From NCBI RefSeq assembly GCF_006345805.1, contig NC_043004.1:28520001-28584000 (forward strand): DNA of 64,000 nucleotides. Reading direction: 5' to 3'. Origin of the DNA: Octopus sinensis. Its lineage: Eukaryota. This document shows, piece after piece, positions 63,926 to 64,000 of the stretch. Positions within the stretch are counted from its first letter, which is position 1, and each line of letters opens with the position of its first letter. The translations under genes were made by a program, and so were the position numbers. A model generated the notes under the pieces. It saw only the letters and a program-made list of their open reading frames with translations. It was not told the origin of the DNA and did no database searches.

Positions 63926-64000
63926 TAAAAAAAAGTACGTGATTCTGTGTATGTGTGTGTGTGTGTGTGTCTGCTTGTTAAAGTATATGTATGAGTCTCT

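Overview
AT-rich, microsatellite- and transposon-dense eukaryotic DNA, most likely octopus (inferred from the SINE families and repeat landscape; not verifiable without a search). The only well-supported host gene is a + strand BMI1/PCGF2/4-like Polycomb RING finger gene. Four internal coding exons (97, 56, 48 and 136 bp) splice in frame through canonical AG/GT sites across introns of 33.9, 3.6 and 2.4 kb; the first and the later exons are not identifiable in the window. The rest is intronic and holds several tRNA-headed SINE families, mariner/maT/hAT/Helitron-like DNA elements, and decayed R4/Dong, CR1/L2, RTE, Tx1 and Penelope retroelement pieces. Highlights: (1) a type I hammerhead ribozyme with a complete core, sense to the pre-mRNA, at 44794-44885; (2) a tRNA-promoter element carrying a decayed minimal hammerhead, with an inverted partner; (3) a full-length U6 snRNA copy joined directly to a full-length SINE; (4) both residues of the reported BMI1 K73-D77 autoinhibitory salt bridge are replaced (Q, N), by codons that A-to-I editing could recode to R and D; (5) a LINE and a SINE family sharing a 3' stem-loop; (6) a possible decayed Cys-loop receptor pseudogene; (7) several long inverted-repeat foldbacks. 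Most supplied ORFs are microsatellite artefacts. All alignments were done by eye against remembered consensus sequences. SINE family labels A/B/C and element D are mine.
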